Shown here piece after piece: positions 57,085 to 64,000 of a stretch of DNA of 64,000 nt (within the stretch, counting starts at the first letter, position 1; every line of letters begins with the position of its first letter). Under the pieces are notes generated by a model. It was not told where the DNA came from. It worked only from the letters and a program-made list of their open reading frames with translations, and searched no databases. The stretch is from Macrostomum lignano (Eukaryota), in assembly GCA_002269645.1 (NCBI GenBank), contig NIVC01003547.1:27985-91984 (forward strand), written 5' to 3'. The position numbers and the translations under genes were made by a program.

Positions 57085-59481
57085 TGAAGTTTGTTTGGAA
57101 ATTCTATAATCAAACATCACATGTATATCTTTTTTAAGTCACTACTTTGTCTTGAAACTTTATACCATAGACAAATATTATACCCTGAATGTTTTAAAGC
57201 AAGAGTAGTCTTGTTTGAGCCAAGAATTTTTTTCTTGCAGTGTTTCAGTCACATAATTTTTTTATTATGCTGAATAATGAAGAAGCAAAGTAGAGTATCA
57301 TTTGGTTTTTGTAGAAGTAGAAGCAAGGAAAGCAAGAGGCAGAAATTCTTTGTGAGGTGCAAGCAACATATAGTAAATGTGTACTATCAAAAACCATGGT
57401 TAACAAGTGGGTCCAAACCTTTAAAGACAGCTAGGAGACAGTTGATGACCTTCTATGGAGTGGCTGGCTTGCCACCATGGTTAATAAGTCAAACATTATT
57501 GAGCTTTTGCATTGTACGAGCTACTTTGGATATTAACCACTAAGCCACAATGCAAGATTTGTCAACAATTATTGGCATCTCATCAATAGACATTCATTCA
57601 ATCTTGACAGTTAGCTCAGTATGTTGCACATTGTTGCTTGTTGGGTCCATAAACTTATGACTAACTAGTGCAACAAGAGTAGGTCTAGGTTTATCAGTAG
57701 CTCCTCTAGTCATATCAGTGATCCCAACTTTTTGGACGAGATTGTGACTAGGGATGAATCTTGGTTCTATTATAGCAAGCCAGTCTAAGATGCAAAGCAG
57801 TGTGTAGAAGGCCAGCCACATGCCTATACCTATCAAAGGTCTGATTGCACCTTCAGCTAGCAAGCAAATGGCCACTATCTTCTAGGACAAAGAGGGCATT
57901 CTGCTTATCAAATGGCTTCCCTGTGGTATCACAATCAATAGTGAGTACTATATCAAAGTCTTGCAGAAGTTGTATAAAGCTATCAAGGCCTAGCAATATG
58001 GCAAGCTAAGCTATGGCGTGGCATCTTGCTTTAGTACAACAATGCCAAGTTGCATACTAATTAGGCAACAATAGCTGCTATTTTAGACCTAGGCTTCCAG
58101 GTATTTCCATATCTACCCTACTTATCAGTAGAGGTCGGATGGGATTGAAATCTTTGGGCGGGATCGGGATCGGGAATAATTTTTTTCTCGGGATCGGGAT
58201 TGGGATCGGGATTCGGGAATCGGGATCAGGTCTTTTAGTGTATTGTCCATGTAAAGTTAAACAAAATTGAGAAAAGATTGTCAAGATCAAGAAGTAAAAC
58301 ACAATGAAATTGATATGAAGTTTTGTAACCAACAAAGTAAATAATGTAACGAGTACAAGTTAAAGCAAAATACCTTCAAGTAATCACTAATTCTATAAAT
58401 TATTAATTGAAAGACCTGTTCCCGAATCTCGAGTTTTTTAGGGTTGGGATTCTGGTCCCGCGGGAATTCAATTTTCCTTGGGATCCCGAGATTTCGGGAT
58501 CAGGATCAGGATCCCGTCCGACCTCTACTTATCAGTGATTTCTGGCTATTTAGAAAGATGAAAAAATATTAGAAATTGCTTTGGTTTATTTTTTGGGCCA
58601 TGTGGGGTTCTTGGCCCTTTGAAAATCTCATTGGCAACTGGATTTTTGGCATCAGAGGCCAATCTGGCAACTTCATTTTCTTTATACCAGTTGCCAATTT
58701 CAAAAAAATGATTTTGTAAATCTAATAAAAGTGCTATATGAATCTAATAGGCTGTGGCAAATACTAAGTTGCAAAAATTGACAATGTCAATAACAAATCC
58801 CAGGCTATAGTCATGTAGTGCATACATGTTTAATAAGCCTTAAAAATATATATATCCTTGAAAATACAGCTAGTTGCCAATGGGCAATCAAAAATAGCCA
58901 TTGGTAACTGGATTTTGAGCCCCAAGGGCTGGCTGGCAACTGGATTTCCAAAACTTAAAAAACCCAGGACGTTGCCAGTCACTAGGCCTATTAGCCAGTA
59001 GGTAGGTTAAAAGGTCACTTGCTAATTTCTATGCTGCTAGCATTTATGTTTTTTATATGTAGAGTATGCATTACTCAACACCCTAAATTTTAAAATTGCA
59101 CCTTAAAATTGAAAAGTTGGTGTGGACTGTAGTTTAGGTGCAGTCTTATAACCTTTTTTTTCCATTGAAGCCTCATTTGCATTGCATTTGAATAGGCCCC
59201 CTAAGAAAAAAAATAAATTGCACTCTGAGCCTTAAAATTGCACTTTGAAAGTGAGCATAGGATGCAATTTGGCTCCTTGTCTCTGGCAAAAAAGAAAACC
59301 CTAGCTAGGCCTAGCTGGCATTGACAAGTTGCCTAAGAGATGGCATAAGTGCATAAGTCTCAAGGTCGGGTCGGGTGTCTATGTTGAGAAGCAGGAAGAG
59401 TAGGCTAGCATTACATTTGTTGAATCTGTTAATCTATTAGACATAGACACATTTAATTTTGGACTTTCCAAACAACCTTCA
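57085..59481 (+). mobile_element. Decayed mariner (DD34D) transposon with nested insertions
   Basis: TA-flanked TIRs TGAAG(T/G)TTGTTTGGAAA. Transposase relics IVTRDESWFYY, ATIF*DKEGILLIKWL, INSEYYIKVL and GFQVFPYLPY, with many stops. Confidence 0.8.
58129..58527. mobile_element. 399-bp hAT-type MITE inserted in the mariner
   Basis: TIR TAGAGGTCGGA(T/C)GGGAT. 8-bp TSD CTTATCAG at 58121-58128 and 58528-58535. GGGATC subrepeats. Confidence 0.9.
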
Positions 59482-59710
59482 TACATGATACTTGTACCTA
59501 AGTGGCCTATCTAGGCCTAGTTAATATCTATAATATGTGGTATATTACCGTATATAGGTAAAGGCTTAGAAACTTAAGCAATAGGGATTTTTGATACTAT
59601 GACATTAAATACAATATATAGGCCTAGTTGAGATAATGATTGTATCTAGTATCTTTTGGGGCATTCTTTCGTTAGACGATCCGCCGAGCAGGTCAACCTG
59701 GCAACTGGTC

Positions 59711-59817
<107 letters not shown>

Positions 59818-60589
59818 AGTTGGCTCAGGCAAGAAGCCTGTTTGGCCAATATATTTCTGTGTATTTAAGAATTGTTCAATTCAATTTATTTTATTGTCAA
59901 GTTATTGTTTATGATCCCCGTTAAAAAAAGAGTAAAAAAAACACTCCAGTATATCAAAAAATTACGTTTCACAATTATTGTACGTAGTATTAACTTTTTT
60001 AAATCACTTTAAATCGCTGCAATTTTAATTTAATTTATTTTAATTCACAACAATTGTCACTGAAACGTAGCATAAAAATTTATGGAAGCTTTGCTTATAT
60101 TTATTCACTTTCGTCACACGATCATTTAAATTATGAAATTATGAGTAGGTAATAGTAAGACAAAACCGAAAGAGCTTTTAGGTTTCGAATTACGATCACA
60201 TCAATAGTAAAATTATATTAGAGTGATCGTATCACGAAATTGAATAGAAGAGTATGGTTTGCAGTCTGATCGTGTTTATTCTGAGGTCGCGACCGCGGGC
60301 TCAAACCCAGCAGGTCAGCACTCGTTGCTGAGGAAACCAGTGTATGCGGAATCATGTTTAAGCTTCACTTGGTAGCCCTGCTTCAACCCATTGAGCTAAG
60401 CATTTGAGTCCAGGAGCTGGTTGTGCTACGAGGGCTGTCGGGCTAGCGCTATCGATCCGGAGTGAAAAGTAAAGCCTCCGTCACTGTGAACTTCCAGATC
60501 ATTGTTAGACCATAATCACTTCGCTCGACTTCCCTCTTATTTATGATGCTCTTCACTCTTGCTTGACGGGCTGCGGACCGCTCAATCTA

Positions 60590-61812
60590 TTATCTGATGA
60601 CGACGGCTGCCTGCTGTAGTAGCGACGCGTGCATGGGTCGAAACCAACTAGTATAGAAAGGCGGCTCAGCGTGCTTGGTACGCCAACGATCTCGCCCTGC
60701 TGTCCTCGACCGTTGAGGGCACCCAGCGCCAGCTGGACCGGCTGGTGAGCGTTGCGACGAGCGTCGGCCGCGATGAAGCAGCCTGTCACGTCCCAGCGAA
60801 GCTGGCCGGCGACTCCAGCTGGTAGGCCACATCATCCACGCATGTCCGCATCCGGCGCAGGAGGTGCTACCCTACTGACGAGGCCAGGCACGTACTTGGC
60901 GTTTTGTCGACTGCCTGCTGGCTGATGCCGGCCCTACGTTCGCGCCCACGCCCTGAAACGCGCAGTGTGACGCTGTCTTTGCCTCTCTTGACTCGCTTGA
61001 CTGACTGACAGCGTATTTTGTTGTTGTTCTGACGCTCGCTCAGCCCCAACTAGAAGCGATTGAGCTACTTGTGAACCAAGAGGTGAAACAGTGCTATGTA
61101 TTTAGTTATTCAGATTTGAACATCACATCTATCACCTCAAGCAGCCAAATACAAATTAATGTAATTTTAATGTTCAGCATTGGCCTCTGAGACTGATTAT
61201 TCTGCATCACATTTGATTTCGAAAAAGCTGGTTTGGTGAGCACGTTCACGGAGGGGCGGATTAGCTTAATCTCCGGATTAAGCTGTTTTCAAATTCTCCC
61301 TGCTTGTCTCTCACTGTATTGTCTTAATTACATGTAGCTACAAGACCTCTAGCTGCACGCCAAATCTTCGCTACCTTGGCCCTAAATATCTGACAGGAGT
61401 GGGAGGCCAGGAGTGTTAAGAGTAGCTTTTCTTTCTATGCTTTGACCAAAGCCAAAGGCTAAAAAGCAAATAAACGCATGCAAACGTTGTTAATACCCCC
61501 TCAAGCAATTCAAGGCCCACGGATTCTAGAAATGTAAAATTTCCTGGAAAATTATATTCCAAAACTAAAAAAACGACCTGTATATGCTTTGTTATTGTTC
61601 ACCAACTCAGACCAGGCTCGCACGCTGCCAGCGGTTCATTTACCTCGGCGGTCTGGTTCCCCACAAGAGGACTTGCCTGGGCGGCTTTCCGTTCGATCCG
61701 AACCGTCCTCCAGTCCGAAGGGCTGCCCGACCGACAGAGGGCTCGGCTGTGACAGGCGGTTGTTGAAACCGTCCTGCTATACAAAGCCGAGACGTGGACG
61801 CTGACGGCTACG
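60590..61812 (+). mobile_element. Fragmented RTE-like LINE reverse transcriptase remnant
   Basis: YANDLALLSSTVEGTQRQLDRLVSVATSVG (degenerate YADD) at about 60680-60770. FIYLGG, AWAAFRSIRTVL and AVVETVLLYKAETWTLT at about 61630-61810. Unrelated DNA lies between the two pieces. Confidence 0.75.
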
Positions 61813-61815
61813 CCT

Positions 61816-62147
<332 letters not shown>

Positions 62148-62195
62148 TTGTCTGTCTATCTACACCAATCCCAAGTAAATTTGATCTACGAACTA

Positions 62196-62557
62196 GAAAC
62201 GAGGCTGTCGCTCTGTCTGCCGCACAAGCCGATTATCCCTAATCGAGGCCGCAGCCTGCTGCGCACAGCCTATGAGGGCTCATTCGAAGAGGACTACAGA
62301 AAGTACAGCAGCGCCATGTGGCGCAGGCAGACCGACAGTGTCGAGGGTTTCAACCAACCTAGTCGGACAGAGCAAAGCTTCGATTGAGTACACTCGCTGT
62401 TGGAACCCTGTTGGACTGGTACAGGACAAATGCTGGTAGATCCCCAGCAGCGACTGCGTCAGCTTCCAGTCCGGAACTCCGCAGACTCGCGGAGATCCGA
62501 CAGCGACTGGCCCAGCTGGAGGCAAAGCTGGACGCGGCTCTGGCTGGAGGTTGCTAA
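62196..62557 (+). other. Possible terminal coding exon of an unidentified gene (one frameshift)
   Basis: GC-rich island reading RLSLCLPHKP..YEGSFEEDYRKYSSAMWRR, then after a shift near 62360 SDRAKLRLSTL..LRRLAEIRQRLAQLEAKLDAALAGGC*. No family recognised. Confidence 0.3.
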
Positions 62558-63357
62558 GCGACTCTGTTAATAACAGGCTAATAACGATTGACTGATTACA
62601 ACTCTCCTAAACTGTGGCTGATCGGGATAATAAAAAATATTTAATTCAGTTGACAGGGTCTCGAGTAACTGTCTTAACTTCATTACATGAGATACTCGTA
62701 AGCATTGAAACTTGCGTGTATTACAGCGCTTCACCGTAGGTAGAAGACGCCATTGCTTTTACTGCTGGCAGCCATGCAATTAGGGCAGTCAACTGACTGC
62801 ATTCTGCCTTGATACAATCGAGCATATCTTTGCACTTTATACAAATTCAATATCAAATGTGGTAAGGGAATTGCTAGAGAATACCAGCCGCTTCAAACTG
62901 GATTCGACACAATTAGCCTCTCTAACAGGCACGCGAGCCTTTTCTGCGCGTGGTCAAAATTTTGGCCTCTTGCTTAAAAGTTGGTTGTAAAGAAACTGCT
63001 CTGCTTCTTTATCTTCTATTCTGTATTGTTCTCGATACATGGTGCTTGTGGTCTGCCGACTGAGAATAGCATAATAACGAGTGTAGAGGTGGACTGACGC
63101 AGTGGCACGCAAAAACTCGACGGCCAGCACGCGCGCACGTGAAAGCCTGACTCGTGGTTTTCTTCTTGCCACACTGTCGCAATAAAAGCGTTTTTCAGCT
63201 TCAGCATTCTTTTGTCATTTTCTTTTCTGAGCAGCTTGCGGCACCCTATTCTCTTTCTCGCTTGCTCTTCAACCCGAAGACAGTATATCAGATAGAATCG
63301 CGCACCTGCAGCTCCCACGGTGCACCTGCAACAAACTATAGAACTCTGCCACTGAAG

Positions 63358-64000
63358 ATGAAGCAGAGCCTGCTTAGTCGGAGCAGCAACTCCTCCAACA
63401 ACGATCTGACGCCTTCTGAGGAGCGCAGAGCGGTGAAGCGAATCAAAGGCAGCGCCATCGTCCTGCCGGACAACTTGGACGTTTCAACGTCTGGCTATGC
63501 CGTTTTGTTTCGCCAACTGTTCGATGGAGAGCAGCATCTACCGACTAATCTGGATCGACCTGCTTATCTGGCTGACCATCTACTACGTGCTCAATATTAT
63601 TTACAGATTCGTACTCAATCCTGACCAGAAGTTACAATTCGAGAACACAGTTGAGCAGGTTGGCGAGTGGAGCGGCAAGATTCCAGTCACCTTCCTGTTG
63701 GGCTTCTTTGTCAGCAATGTCGCGTCCAGGTGGTGGAATATCTACACGGTGAGGCTACAGATTGCGATTCAGTATGAATAGAACCCATTGTTCTGTGCAT
63801 ACATGTATTTGCGCACTTTTGATCTTCATCTCATTGCGATCCACCCCTCCCCGCCCTATCCTGCCCGGAGCAGCACATTCCGCGCATGTCCGGCCCTGCA
63901 GCCGTGCTAGTCGGGTCCATCCAGAGCGCCGAAGCAATCTGGCGACGCTGCCAAGTACCGGATGACCATCGCTCGCTACCTCAACCTGGCGTGGGTGCTG
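63358..64000 (+). pseudogene. Bestrophin-family Ca-activated anion channel, 5' part, frameshifted (assembly error or pseudogene); runs off the window end
   Basis: SIYRLIWIDLLIWLTIYY..YRFVL..QFE, KIPVTFLLGFFVSNVASRWWNIY|gtgagg, then exon from 63874 HIPRM..KYRMTIARYLNLAWVL. Restoring two single bases at about 63522-63532 gives the consensus LFRWRGSIY. A further shift lies near 63935. Confidence 0.85.

Overview
Eukaryotic (metazoan) genomic window, most likely from a flatworm such as Macrostomum. That assignment is an inference from GC-rich exons, minisatellite-filled introns and splice acceptors just upstream of start codons. Host genes rebuilt by hand: three paralogous two-exon genes for small single-EGF transmembrane proteins with no signal peptide (minus strand, 1.9-15.4 kb), CDC37, two tandem PH+FYVE (PLEKHF/phafin-like) paralogs, a ZDHHC palmitoyltransferase, an ENSA/ARPP19 endosulfine, an oligoribonuclease (REXO2/Orn) and the 5' part of a frameshifted bestrophin. 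Mobile DNA is dense and nested: a full-length LOA/R1-type LINE with a 16-bp TSD inside a Gypsy integrase remnant, a second decayed Gypsy, an apparently intact 6.7-kb two-gene EnSpm/CACTA transposon inside the ZDHHC intron, a decayed mariner, an RTE-like remnant, several MITEs, two SINE families and many mini/microsatellites. Most notable: (1) the atypical EGF-TM trio, (2) a C-to-T erosion signature in old repeats that includes CpA-to-TpA, (3) tandem-repeat-filled introns flanked by duplicated CAG|GT proto-splice sites, and (4) the intact EnSpm element with a spliced BEN-like second gene. No database searches were run. All family calls rest on recognised motifs.
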